Positions 10,384-19,689 of a DNA stretch of 64,000 nt are shown one piece after another. Made by a program: the position numbers and the translations under genes. Within the stretch, counting starts at the first letter, position 1. Every line of letters begins with the position of its first letter. Under the pieces are notes generated by a model, which saw only the letters and a program-made list of their open reading frames with translations, did no database searches and was not told where the DNA came from. This stretch comes from Myxococcota bacterium. GTDB lineage: Bacteria > Myxococcota_A > UBA9160 > UBA6930. The stretch covers positions 576,001-640,000 of the forward strand of contig OZ245002.1 of the NCBI GenBank assembly GCA_965223415.1. Reading direction: 5' to 3'.

Positions 10384-11739
10384 TCAGCCGGCGGGCGTCG
10401 AAGCCGGCCTCGGGTGTCGGTTCGCTGATGGGGGGCTCCGGGGCGCATCAGGGTGGCCGGGCAGATCGACTTCGATCACCGTGCCGCCGCCCTCCCGGGC
10501 GCAGGCGGAGGCGTCGCCGCCGTGGTGGCGGGCGATCTGCCGCACGATGGCGAGGCCGAGGCCCAGGCCGCGCCCGTCGGCGGCGGCGCGGCCCCGTGCG
10601 AAGGGATCGAAGACCGCCTCGCGTTCATCCTCCGGAATGCCCGGGCCGCGATCGGCGACGCAGAGGCGCACGCCCGGGCCATCAGGCTGGGCGCCGACGG
10701 CGATCTCGACCGGCGAGCCCGGCGCGTGGCGCTCGGCATTGGCGATCAGGTTGCGCAGCAGATGACGGAGGCTGCGGGCATCACCGATCACCGCCGGCGG
10801 AGCGGCCCCGTCACCCGACACCGTGACGGAGCCGGACGTGGGGGCGGCCACCTCCGCGGCCAGGGCGAGGAGATCCACCGGCTCGTGGGCCGCCGTGGTA
10901 TCGAGCAGGTCGAGCCGGCTCACGACCAGGAGCTCCTCGACACCGGCGTCGAGCTCGGCGACGTCGGCGGCGAGCTGCCCGCGCAGCTCCGAGAGGCGTT
11001 CCGACGAGAGGGCGGTGTCGTCGCCGAGGATCTCCGCCGCGACCCGGAGGCGGGCGAGAGGCGAGCGAAGCTCGTGGGAGGCGCTCGCCAGGAGTGTGCG
11101 CTGGGCGCCGACCAGCGCTTCGATGCGCTCGGCCGCGCGGTTGAAGCTCTGGGCGAGGCGCGCCACCTCGTCGCGGCCTTCGATCGGCGCGCGAGCCTGG
11201 AGCTCCCCCTGGCCGAGCGCGTCGACGCTCGCCGAGAGGCGCTCGAGGCGGCGGGTGATCCCCCTGGCCACCGGGTAGGCGCCGGCTCCGAGCGCGAGAG
11301 CGAAGAGGCCGAGCATGGCGAGGCCGTGCCAGCCGGGCCCGCGGTCGGGCCCGAGCTGGGCCACGACCCAACGCCCGTCGGAGAGCGGAAGCGCGGCGGC
11401 GGGCGGGCCGCGGCGCCGCCCCCGGAGCCAGTGGGCGTGAGCCTCATGGAGGCGCGGCATCGGCACGAAGGGACCGGCCTCGGCCAGGCGGCGTCCCTCG
11501 CGGTCGAACACGGCGAGTCCGGAGTCGAAGGCAACGGCGAAGCGATCCAGTCGCTCCTGCAGGGCGTCACCGTGCATCGCGTCCGGTGGCAGCAGCAGCT
11601 CCACGGCAGTGGCCACGTCCGCCAGGGGCTGGCGGTGGCGGCCGTCGTCCACGGCCCAGAAGAGCAGGACCGAGAGCGCGAAGAAGATCAGCACCACCGC
11701 CACGAAGGCCAGGTAGATGCGCAGGGAGAGCCGGCTCAC
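10384..11739 (-). CDS. HAMP-domain sensor histidine kinase (CpxA-like)
   Basis: Two TM helices, HAMP, SHELRSPL, NLIANA, DRGPG and GLGLGLAIV; start overlaps the response regulator stop. Confidence 0.9.
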   Translation of the reverse strand: MSRLSLRIYLAFVAVVLIFFALSVLLFWAVDDGRHRQPLADVATAVELLLPPDAMHGDALQERLDRFAVAFDSGLAVFDREGRRLAEAGPFVPMPRLHEAHAHWLRGRRRGPPAAALPLSDGRWVVAQLGPDRGPGWHGLAMLGLFALALGAGAYPVARGITRRLERLSASVDALGQGELQARAPIEGRDEVARLAQSFNRAAERIEALVGAQRTLLASASHELRSPLARLRVAAEILGDDTALSSERLSELRGQLAADVAELDAGVEELLVVSRLDLLDTTAAHEPVDLLALAAEVAAPTSGSVTVSGDGAAPPAVIGDARSLRHLLRNLIANAERHAPGSPVEIAVGAQPDGPGVRLCVADRGPGIPEDEREAVFDPFARGRAAADGRGLGLGLAIVRQIARHHGGDASACAREGGGTVIEVDLPGHPDAPRSPPSANRHPRPASTPAG

Positions 11740-12461
11740 GGCACCGGCTCGTCCTGCTTCGACGCGAACACGTAGCCGGCGCCGCGCACGGTGAGGATGC
11801 GGCGCGGCTTCTTCGGGTCGTCCTCGATCGCCGCCCGGATGCGCGACACGTGCACGTCGATGCTGCGGTCGAAGGCCTCGAGATCGCGGCCGGCGAGGCG
11901 CGCCATGATCGCCTCGCGGCTCTGCACCCGGCCCGGCCGGTCCGCCAGCACGCACAGGAGATCGAACTGGTGGCTCGTCAGCTCGCGCTCCACACCGTCG
12001 ACGCGCACCCGGCGGGCACCGCGGTCGATCTCCAGGCGGCCGAAGCGCAGCACGTTCCCGGCCTCCGGCGATGCCGAGCCGCGGCGCAGGACGGCGCGCG
12101 CCCGGGCCAACAGCTCGCGGGGATTGAAGGGCTTGGGCAGGTAGTCGTCGGCGCCGAGCTCGAGGCCGACGATGCGGTCCGTCTCCTCGCCGCGCGCGGT
12201 GAGCATGACGATCGGCAGGCCCGCGGCCGCGTCGCCCGCCTCCCGGGCGCGGATGCGGCGGCACAGCTCCATGCCGTCGCCGTCCGGCAGCATCACGTCG
12301 AGGAGCAGCAGGTCGTAGGCGGCGCCCGGGGCCCGGAGGGCGCGGAGGCCGTCCGCAACGCTCGCACGGGCCTCGACGGCGAAGCCGGCCTCGGCCAGGT
12401 AGTCGGAGAGCATGCGGGCCAGCTCCACGTCGTCGTCGATGAGAAGGATGCGCGGCGCCAC
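11736..12461 (-). CDS. OmpR-family response regulator (CpxR-like)
   Basis: LIDDD, LDVMLP, MLTA, KPF receiver motifs; DRSIDVHVSRIR winged helix. Confidence 0.93.
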   Translation of the reverse strand: MAPRILLIDDDVELARMLSDYLAEAGFAVEARASVADGLRALRAPGAAYDLLLLDVMLPDGDGMELCRRIRAREAGDAAAGLPIVMLTARGEETDRIVGLELGADDYLPKPFNPRELLARARAVLRRGSASPEAGNVLRFGRLEIDRGARRVRVDGVERELTSHQFDLLCVLADRPGRVQSREAIMARLAGRDLEAFDRSIDVHVSRIRAAIEDDPKKPRRILTVRGAGYVFASKQDEPVP

Positions 12462-12517
12462 CCCGGGACCGTGCGGCGGCCGGGCGGCCGCCGCCAGTCC
12501 CGGGGCGGCGGCGGGGC

Positions 12518-13000
12518 TCAGTGCCCGTGCCCCCAGCGGCCGCGGCGCTCCTCGTGCTCGGCGATCAGCGTGGTGCGTTGCTCCGGCGTCAGCACGTCGG
12601 CCACCCGCACGAACGCGTCCATGGCCTGCTTCGAGCCCTGCTCGAAGCGGGTCAGGGCGTCGGCGCGCAGCGCCTCGATCGCCTCGCGGTCAACCGTCGT
12701 GCCCGAGAGCGCGGCAGAGAGCTCGGCGTGACGGCCCTCGCGGTCGCCGCGCAGGCCGCGCATCTCCTCGATCGCGGCCTTGGCGATGGCCGTGATCTCG
12801 TCGAGCTGCTCGTCCGTCGGATCCGCACTCCGCAGCATCCAGCGCGCGCCGTGCCGCAGATGCTCCTCGTCGACCTCCCCGTCGCCATGGAACATGCCGT
12901 GGGGTCCGTGGCCGTGGTGCCGCCCACACGCGCTCGCCCCGAGCAGCACGAAGCCGAGCAGCCCGATCACCGCCGTCCCGATCCAAACCTTGCGTCGCAT
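12518..13000 (-). CDS. Spy/CpxP family periplasmic protein (possible lipoprotein)
   Basis: Signal-like N-terminus ending in GASAC, His/Gly-rich stretch, PTDEQ and LTPEQR motifs. Confidence 0.8.
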   Translation of the reverse strand: MRRKVWIGTAVIGLLGFVLLGASACGRHHGHGPHGMFHGDGEVDEEHLRHGARWMLRSADPTDEQLDEITAIAKAAIEEMRGLRGDREGRHAELSAALSGTTVDREAIEALRADALTRFEQGSKQAMDAFVRVADVLTPEQRTTLIAEHEERRGRWGHGH

Positions 13001-13065
13001 CCGATGTCCTCCCGGGCGCTGGAAGAGAACATCGCCCCCCCACGTATCCCCACCCGGTCCGCCCC

Positions 13066-13080
13066 GTAAAGAAATGTGAA
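13066..13080. promoter_or_regulatory. CpxR-type direct-repeat box GTAAA-N5-GTGAA
   Basis: gtaaa gaaat gtgaa about 65 nt upstream of the Spy/CpxP-like gene; near match to GTAAA-N5-GTAAA. Confidence 0.55.
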
Positions 13081-13160
13081 GAAACGGGGCCGGAGTTAAG
13101 AATGAAGAAACTCTTTCCGGAAGGGACAACTGAATTCTTAACTCTGGCCCCGTTTCTTCA
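13077..13160. repeat. Second copy of the 2788-2867 palindromic element (diverged centre)
   Basis: 13128-13160 is identical to 2835-2867 (33 nt); left arm 13077-13103 differs from 2788-2814 at one position. Confidence 0.9.
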
Positions 13161-14124
13161 TTCCGGCGGATTCGTAGGCTTGGTCGATGGCGGCCATGTT
13201 GGCGATGGCGTCGGGGCGACCGCCCCAGAGCGGGGTGTAGGGGGCGCCGCGGTCGAGGTCGGTGAGGAAGGCTTCGAGCTGGTAGGCGAAGGTGAGCCGT
13301 CGCGTGAGCTCGTAGCGCTCGGCGGGGCGGGCGGAGCGCTCCAGGGTGATCTCGTGGCCGATCATCGGCGCCTGGAAGCGGGTCACCTGGAGGCGCAGGC
13401 GCGGGCCGCGGGCGCGGAAGACGGTCTCGAAGGGCGTGCCGCGGCCCATGGCGACGCGGAAGCGCCCGGTCGCTCCGCCGGGAAAGCCGAGCATGCCCTC
13501 CATCTTCACGTCGATGCCGGGCGGCCCCTGCATCGCCTGCGCCTCGATGCGCTCCGGCTCCGCTCCCGCGGCCATGCGCAGGACGTGCAGCGTGTAGCAG
13601 CCCAGGTCCATCGTCGCGCCGCCCGCCAGGGAGAGATCGAAGCGGATGTCGTCTTCGGGAATCGGCGCGGTAAAGACCGCCTCGAGCTCGTCCACCTCCT
13701 CGCCCCGGCACACCTCGCGAATGTGGGCCGCCACCGGGTGATACGCGTAGTGGATGGCCTCCATCAGCAGCAGACCGCGACGCTCCGCCTCGTCGAAGAG
13801 CGAGGCCGCCTCTTCCGCGTTCGCGGCCAGCGGCTTCTCGCACAGCACGTGCTTGCCGGCCCGCAGTGCGGCCAGGGTCCAGGCCCCGTGGAGACCGTTC
13901 GGTAGCGGGTTGTAGACCGCGTCGAGATCCGCGCGGGCGATGAGAGCCTCATAGCTCTCTGCGACCTCGGGAATCCGGTGCGTCTCCGCGTACGCCCGAG
14001 CCCGCTCCGGATCCCGGGCCGCCACCGCGACCACCTTGGCTCCGGGATGCTCGGCGCAGGGCGCCAGGAGGGCCTTCGGCGCGATCTTCGCCGCACCGAG
14101 CACACCGAAGCGGATGGGCTGCAT
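13138..14124 (-). CDS. Gfo/Idh/MocA family oxidoreductase
   Basis: GVLGAAKIA, AGKHVLCEKPLA and GGATMDLGCY. Confidence 0.9.
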   Translation of the reverse strand: MQPIRFGVLGAAKIAPKALLAPCAEHPGAKVVAVAARDPERARAYAETHRIPEVAESYEALIARADLDAVYNPLPNGLHGAWTLAALRAGKHVLCEKPLAANAEEAASLFDEAERRGLLLMEAIHYAYHPVAAHIREVCRGEEVDELEAVFTAPIPEDDIRFDLSLAGGATMDLGCYTLHVLRMAAGAEPERIEAQAMQGPPGIDVKMEGMLGFPGGATGRFRVAMGRGTPFETVFRARGPRLRLQVTRFQAPMIGHEITLERSARPAERYELTRRLTFAYQLEAFLTDLDRGAPYTPLWGGRPDAIANMAAIDQAYESAGMKKRGQS

Positions 14125-14167
14125 GCCGAGAGCCTAGGCTACGCTGCCCCCCTTCCAGGAGGCCCCC

Positions 14168-15124
14168 ATGACCGATCGCAGCCGCTTCGATCACGAAACC
14201 ACCACCGACCAGGTGCTCGACGGCATCGACCTCTCCGGAAGGGTCGCCATCGTGACGGGCTCCTCCGGCGGCCTGGGCGCCGAAGCGGCCCGCGCCCTCG
14301 CCTCCAAGGGCTGCGCCGTCACGATCACCGCCCGTGACGTTCCGAAGGGCGAGACCGTGGCGACCGGCATCCGCGAGAGCACCGGCAACCCGGCCGTCGA
14401 GGTGCGGCCCCTCGAGCTCGGCTCGCCGGAGAGCATCCGCCAGTTCGCCAAGGGCTGGCTCGCCGATCACGACGCCCTGCACATCCTCCTGAACAACGCG
14501 GGCGTCATGGCCTGCCCCCTCGAGCGCACCGAGCAGGGCTTCGAGCTGCAGTTCGGCACCAACCACCTCGGCCACTTCCTGCTGACGGGCCTGCTGGCCC
14601 CCGCGCTCGTCGCGGGCGCACCGTCCCGGGTGGTGTGCGTGAGCTCCGGCGGCCACCGCTTCTCGCCGGTGGTGTTCGAGGATCCGAACTACGAGAGCCG
14701 CCCCTACGACAAATGGGAATCCTACGGCCAGGCGAAGACCGCGAACATCCTCCACGCGGTGGAGCTCGACCGGCGGCTCAGGGACAGGGGCGTGCGCGCC
14801 TACGCCATCCACCCCGGTGGGATCATGACCGAGCTCGGCCGCCACCTGACCCAGGAAGACATCCAGATGCTGACCGGCCGCACCAAGGGCTCCGGCCTCA
14901 CCTGGAAGGAGATCCCGGCCGGCGCAGCCACCGAGGTCTACGCCGCCACCGCGCCGGAGCTGACGGACCGCGGCGGCGTCTACCTCGAGGACTGCGGCAT
15001 CGCCCCGGTGAGCGACGACCTCGGGACGTCGAGCGGAGTCGCCTCCTACGCCCTCGACGCGGACAACGCGCGGCGGCTGTGGGAGGCCTCGGAGGCGCTC
15101 GTCGGCCAGAGCTTCGACCTCTAG
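14168..15124 (+). CDS. Short-chain dehydrogenase/reductase (retinol dehydrogenase-like)
   Basis: TGSSGGLG, NNAGVMA, TNHLGHF and YGQAK. Confidence 0.92.
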   Translation: MTDRSRFDHETTTDQVLDGIDLSGRVAIVTGSSGGLGAEAARALASKGCAVTITARDVPKGETVATGIRESTGNPAVEVRPLELGSPESIRQFAKGWLADHDALHILLNNAGVMACPLERTEQGFELQFGTNHLGHFLLTGLLAPALVAGAPSRVVCVSSGGHRFSPVVFEDPNYESRPYDKWESYGQAKTANILHAVELDRRLRDRGVRAYAIHPGGIMTELGRHLTQEDIQMLTGRTKGSGLTWKEIPAGAATEVYAATAPELTDRGGVYLEDCGIAPVSDDLGTSSGVASYALDADNARRLWEASEALVGQSFDL

Positions 15125-16413
15125 GCCTCCGCCAGCTCCGCGAGCCGAGCCTCGAGAAAGCGCCGCTCGGCGGGTCCGGCGGCCAGCTCGATGGCGCGAC
15201 GATAGGCGGCGGCCGCCTCGTCGCCGCGGCCCGCCGCGCGCAGCAGGTCCGCCCGGGCCGCGTAATAGGGCTGGTAGTCGGCGAGCTTCTGCGCGGTGCG
15301 CGGATCCCCCGCCAGCGCGTCGAGAAGGGCCAGACCCGCCGCCGCCCCCTCGGCGCGGCCGACGGCCACGGCGCGATTCAGGGTCACCACCGGCGTCGGG
15401 TGCAGCGCCTCGAGCATCTCGTAGAGCCGCGCCACCCGTGGCCAGCGCCAGCCCCCGTCGCGGCCCTTCTCCGCCGCCTCGACGTGCACGGCGGAGATGG
15501 CGGCCTGGAGCTGATAGGGCCCCGGCCGGTCGTACCGCGCCGCCCGCTCGAGGGCGGCCCGGCCCTCGCGGATCTCGTCCCAGTGCCAGCGCCCGGGCGT
15601 CTGGTCCTCGAGGGCGATCATCTCGCCGTCCGGCCCCACCCGCGCGTCCCGGCGGGCGTCGTGGAGCAGGAGCAGCGCCTCGAGGCCGAGGATCTCCGGC
15701 TCGTCCGGGAGCAGTCCGGACAGCACGCGGACCAGACGGATCGCATCGCCGCACAGCCCGCGGCGCTCCTTGTCCCCCTGGGCGGCGGCGGCGCTGTAGC
15801 CCTGGTTGAAGATCAGGTACACGGCGCCCAGCACGGCACCGATCCGCTCGGGCAATGCCTCCGGCCCGGGCACCTCGTAGGGGATCCTGGCACCGCGGAT
15901 CTTCGTCTTCGCCCGGGTGAGGCGCCGCGTCATCGTGTCCTCGCCCACCAGGAAGGCCCGGGCAACCTCGCCGGTGGAGAGGCCGCCGAGGGTGCGCAGC
16001 GTGAGCGCCACCTGGGCGTCGCGGGAGAGCGCCGGATGGCAGCAGGTGAAGATCAGTCGGAGCCTCTCGTCGGGGATCGCGGCCTCGTCCATGGCGGCCT
16101 CCAGGTCGACCTCTTCCCTTCGCAACGCCTCGTCGTGGCGAAGGTCTTGCGCCTTCTCGCTCTGCATGCGCCGGTGGCGAAGGCGGTCGATCACGCGCCG
16201 GCGGGCGGTGGTGGTGAGCCACGCCGCCGGGTTGTCGGGCACGCCGTCGCGGGGCCAGCGCTCGAGAGCGACGGACACCGCCTCCTGGAAGGCGTCCTCG
16301 GCCAGATCGAAATCGCCCAGCCGTGCGATCAGGGCGGCCAGCACCCGACCCGCCTCTTCGCGGAACACCGCCTCGAGCGCGGGTCGGGTGTCTTCCTTCT
16401 CCTCGCCGGTCAC
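15121..16413 (-). CDS. ECF sigma factor with C-terminal TPR extension (ECF42-like)
   Basis: AEDAFQEA, DERLRLIFTCCHPAL, YQLQAAI and LNRAVA; directly downstream of a DGPF gene. Confidence 0.88.
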   Translation of the reverse strand: MTGEEKEDTRPALEAVFREEAGRVLAALIARLGDFDLAEDAFQEAVSVALERWPRDGVPDNPAAWLTTTARRRVIDRLRHRRMQSEKAQDLRHDEALRREEVDLEAAMDEAAIPDERLRLIFTCCHPALSRDAQVALTLRTLGGLSTGEVARAFLVGEDTMTRRLTRAKTKIRGARIPYEVPGPEALPERIGAVLGAVYLIFNQGYSAAAAQGDKERRGLCGDAIRLVRVLSGLLPDEPEILGLEALLLLHDARRDARVGPDGEMIALEDQTPGRWHWDEIREGRAALERAARYDRPGPYQLQAAISAVHVEAAEKGRDGGWRWPRVARLYEMLEALHPTPVVTLNRAVAVGRAEGAAAGLALLDALAGDPRTAQKLADYQPYYAARADLLRAAGRGDEAAAAYRRAIELAAGPAERRFLEARLAELAEA

Positions 16414-16778
16414 GCCTCCGGCGGCGCCGTGTACTGGTAGACCGGCCGTACCTCCACCCGACCGATGCGCGCGCTCGGCAGCCGCCCGGCCCAGGCCAGG
16501 GCCTCGTCCAGGTCCCGGGCCTCGATCAGGTAGAAGCCGGCGAGCGTCTCCTTCGTCTCCGCGAAGGGCCCGTCGGTCACGGTCAGCTCGCCGTCCAGGG
16601 CGCTGACGGTGGTGGCGGTGTCCACGGTCTGGAGGCGTCGCGATTCCACGTAGGCGCCGGCCGCACGGATGTCCTCGTTCAGCTTCCGGAAGTCCTCGTA
16701 GAAGGTCTCGCGGAACGCCTCGGACTGCGTCTCCGGCAGCACGTCCTCGGTGGAATAGATGAGGAGCGCGTACTCCAC
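16410..16778 (-). CDS. YciI/DGPF family protein
   Basis: TDGPFAETKE...GFYLIE...VEVRP. Confidence 0.9.
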   Translation of the reverse strand: MEYALLIYSTEDVLPETQSEAFRETFYEDFRKLNEDIRAAGAYVESRRLQTVDTATTVSALDGELTVTDGPFAETKETLAGFYLIEARDLDEALAWAGRLPSARIGRVEVRPVYQYTAPPEA

Positions 16779-16783
16779 GGGGC

Positions 16784-17401
16784 TCAGCCTCCCGCGGCTT
16801 TCTGGTAGGAGGGCCGGGCGAGGAGCGCCTTCGCGTAGGCCGCGAGCTTGGGCCAGCGGGAGGCGTCGACCTCGAGCCCCACGAAGGCCAGGTTGCCGAG
16901 GGCGCCGGCCAGGGCCGCATCCGCGATGGAGAAGCTGCCGAGGAGGGTCTCGGCGCCCTTCGTGAGCTGGCTCTCCAGGTAGTCGAAGACCGGCGGGACG
17001 TCGTTCTCCCAGGCCTGGTTCGCGCGCTCCTCGTCCGCCTCCGCGCCCATCAGGTTCGGCTTGATGAAGCGCTCGAAGAAGATCGGCCCGAGAGCGCTGG
17101 TGACGCTCGTGTCGGAGTACTCCTCGAGGAAGAGCGCCCGGGCCAGCTCCTTCGGATCGGCCGGGTAGAGGGCGGGCTCCGGATGCAGCCTCTCGACGTA
17201 CTGGCAGATCACCGACGAGTCCGGGATGTAGCGGCCCTCGTGCTCGAGCACCGGGATCTTGCCCTGGGGGTGCTTCTCGAACAGCTCCGGCGTCTTGGGG
17301 ATGGGCACCAGGGCCTTGCTCTCGTAGGCGATGCCCTTCTCTTCCAGGAACGTCATCACCTTGCGGGCGAAGGGGGAGGGTCGGCCACCGTGAACGATCA
17401 T
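16784..17401 (-). CDS. Glutathione S-transferase family protein
   Basis: SPFARKV, PQGKIPVL, DSSVICQY and FSIAD. Confidence 0.9.
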   Translation of the reverse strand: MIVHGGRPSPFARKVMTFLEEKGIAYESKALVPIPKTPELFEKHPQGKIPVLEHEGRYIPDSSVICQYVERLHPEPALYPADPKELARALFLEEYSDTSVTSALGPIFFERFIKPNLMGAEADEERANQAWENDVPPVFDYLESQLTKGAETLLGSFSIADAALAGALGNLAFVGLEVDASRWPKLAAYAKALLARPSYQKAAGG

Positions 17402-17427
17402 GTCGGTCTCCTTGGGTTGGGCGCGGG

Positions 17428-18126
17428 TCAGGTGCCGAGCTGCTTCGCGATCCAGTCGGGGATCGGCCGCAGCTCGCGGAAGCGGTCGAGGAAGAACTTC
17501 GTGCAGTCCTTGCGGAAGAGGGCCGCCGGGTGCTTCGTCTCGGCGAAGAGGGAGAGGCCGGCCTGACGCAGCAGGTCCGCGTTCGGGCCGTCGGCGTCGA
17601 AGCCGCGGGGCACCCGCTTGTAGTGGGGCTCGGGCAGCTCGTAGGGGCCGGCCTTGCGCACCTTCTCGATGGCCGCGCGCAGCGACCTGCCGATCTTCGG
17701 ATCCGCTGCGGCCTTGCGGTAGGCCGCCAGGCGATCCTTGTCGAAGTGGAACTGCCCGGCGCCGAGGCCCAGCCCCTCCGGTGCGATGCGCAGGAAGAAG
17801 CCCGGGCTCTCCGTGAGGCGGCCCTCGCCGTGGGTGAAGAGCAGGTGGAGCGCGGTCTTGTACGGGGTCTTGTCCTTCGAGAAGCGCGTGTCCCGGTGGA
17901 TGCGCATGATCGAGCCGCCGATCCGGGGCTCGGCCCGGACCCCGGGAGCGAGCTTCGCGAGCCCCGGCGCCAGGGCGACGACGAGAGCCTTGGCGGGCTC
18001 CACGTAGAGGGCCTCGTAGTCGTCGCGATGAGCGTCGAACCAGGCCTTCTCGTTGTGCTTCGCCAGGGCGGCAAGGAAGCGGGGCAGCTCCTTGGGGAAG
18101 CCGGGGAAGCGGGGGGCTGCGGGCAT
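17428..18126 (-). CDS. DUF2461 family protein
   Basis: NEKAWFDAHR, RIHRDTRFSKDKTPYK and KRVPRGF. Confidence 0.85.
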   Translation of the reverse strand: MPAAPRFPGFPKELPRFLAALAKHNEKAWFDAHRDDYEALYVEPAKALVVALAPGLAKLAPGVRAEPRIGGSIMRIHRDTRFSKDKTPYKTALHLLFTHGEGRLTESPGFFLRIAPEGLGLGAGQFHFDKDRLAAYRKAAADPKIGRSLRAAIEKVRKAGPYELPEPHYKRVPRGFDADGPNADLLRQAGLSLFAETKHPAALFRKDCTKFFLDRFRELRPIPDWIAKQLGT

Positions 18127-18154
18127 GGTCGGTTCCTCGGTGATCTGGGAGGAC

Positions 18155-18181
18155 GACGAAGCAGGATGGCAGGGACGGACC
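18155..18181 (-). promoter_or_regulatory. Candidate ECF42-type promoter (GGTCCG-N16-TCGTC)
   Basis: Minus strand ggtccg tccctgccatcctgct tcgtc, about 30 nt upstream of the DUF2461 start. Confidence 0.35.
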
Positions 18182-18234
18182 GCCGCCGGGAGGTTTTTTC
18201 GCGAACCGGAGTGTTTCCCTTGGGGGTCGGGCGG

Positions 18235-18999
18235 CTAGACGAGGTCGGCGATCACCGGGGCGTGGTCCGAGGCGGTGAGGCCGTCCTGCTTCTTGCGGTA
18301 ATCGCGATCGACCGTCACCTCCCTTGTGCGCTCGCGCACGGCCGCCGTGCCGAGGACGAGATCGATGCGCAGGCCCTGGCCCCGGTGGAAGGCGCCGCCC
18401 CGGTAGTCCCACCAGGAGAAGACCTGCTCGTCCGGGTGGAGGGCGCGGAACAGGTCGGTCCAGCCCTGCGCCGCGAAGCGGGCGAAGCGGGACCGCTCGT
18501 CGTCGGTGTGGAAGATGTGGCCGGCGAGGCGGGCCTCGTCCCAGCTGTCGATGGCGGCGGGGCAGATGTTGAAATCGCCGCACAGCACCGAGGGGGCTTC
18601 CGGTGCGCCCACGTGGGCGGCCAGGGCGTCGAACCAGGCGAGCTTGCGCGGGTAGTCCGCGTGGTCGGTGCTCTTGCCGTTGGGGCAGTAGACGGTCGTG
18701 AAGGTGAGGCCCCCCACCTCGGCGGTGATCAGGCGGGCGCCGAAGTCCTCCTGGCCCGGAAGACCGGCCTGGACGAGCGCCACCGGCTTGCGGCTCAGGA
18801 TCGCGACTCCGTTCCAGGCCTTCTGGCCGTGGGTGACCGCCTGGTAGCCGGCCTGCTCGAACACGTCGTGGGGGAACTGGTCGGCGGCGAGCTTCAGCTC
18901 CTGGAGGCCCACCACGTCGGGCTCCCGGGCGGCGAGCCAGTGGAGGACGAAGTCCAGGCGTGCGCGAAGACCGTTCACGTTCCAGGTGGCGAGGCGCAT
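18235..18999 (-). CDS. xth: Exodeoxyribonuclease III / AP endonuclease
   Basis: TWNVNG, LQELK, GDFNI, FSWWDYR, RID and SDHAP. Confidence 0.93.
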   Translation of the reverse strand: MRLATWNVNGLRARLDFVLHWLAAREPDVVGLQELKLAADQFPHDVFEQAGYQAVTHGQKAWNGVAILSRKPVALVQAGLPGQEDFGARLITAEVGGLTFTTVYCPNGKSTDHADYPRKLAWFDALAAHVGAPEAPSVLCGDFNICPAAIDSWDEARLAGHIFHTDDERSRFARFAAQGWTDLFRALHPDEQVFSWWDYRGGAFHRGQGLRIDLVLGTAAVRERTREVTVDRDYRKKQDGLTASDHAPVIADLV

Positions 19000-19035
19000 G
19001 GTCGGAAGATGTACTCTCGATGAGGAGGTCCTGCC

Positions 19036-19668
19036 ATGTCACTTCTCTCCAGGAAGGCGGAGATGCCCTCGCGCGAGCGTGCCCTGCCCGGCCGCGACAC
19101 CAAGATGCCGGTGGCGAACCGGCACAGCGTGCTCGGCAACCCGATCCTCCCGCCCTTCCCGGACGGCCTCGAGCTCGGGCTCTTCGGCCTCGGCTGCTTT
19201 TGGGGCGCGGAGCGGAAGTTCTGGCAGGCGCCGGGCGTGTGGACGACGGCGGTGGGCTACGCCGCCGGCTACACGCCCCATCCGACTTATGAGGAGGTCT
19301 GCAGCGGGCTCACCGGACACAACGAGGTGGTGCGGGTCGTCTTCGATCCGGCGCAGACCTCGTTCGACGAGATCCTGCGCATCTTCTGGGAGAGCCACGA
19401 TCCCACCCAGGGCATGCGGCAAGGGGGCGACGTCGGCACCCAGTACCGCTCGGGCATCTACGTCTACGACGACGCCCAGCGGAAGCATGCCGAAGCCACT
19501 CGCGAGGCCTACGCCAAGCTGCTCACGGCCGGCGGCTACGGCGACATCACCACCGAGATCCAGGACGCCGGCCCCTTCTACTACGCCGAGGACTACCACC
19601 AGCAGTACCTCGACAAGAATCCCGGCGGCTACTGCGGCCTCGGCGGCACCGGCATCGAAATGGAGTAG
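19036..19668 (+). CDS. msrA: Peptide methionine sulfoxide reductase A
   Basis: [21 protein letters not shown] and GYCG. Confidence 0.96.
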   Translation: MSLLSRKAEMPSRERALPGRDTKMPVANRHSVLGNPILPPFPDGLELGLFGLGCFWGAERKFWQAPGVWTTAVGYAAGYTPHPTYEEVCSGLTGHNEVVRVVFDPAQTSFDEILRIFWESHDPTQGMRQGGDVGTQYRSGIYVYDDAQRKHAEATREAYAKLLTAGGYGDITTEIQDAGPFYYAEDYHQQYLDKNPGGYCGLGGTGIEME

Positions 19669-19689
19669 CAGGGCCGGAGCTCCGTTTCT

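Noticed and set aside
2788..13160. Palindromic repeats as a CRISPR array
   Set aside because: Copies are about 10 kb apart, with no repeat-spacer periodicity and no cas genes
18162..18172. 11-mer matching half of the first WYL-adjacent operator
   Set aside because: The second half-site is absent and the match falls in the spacer of the candidate ECF promoter
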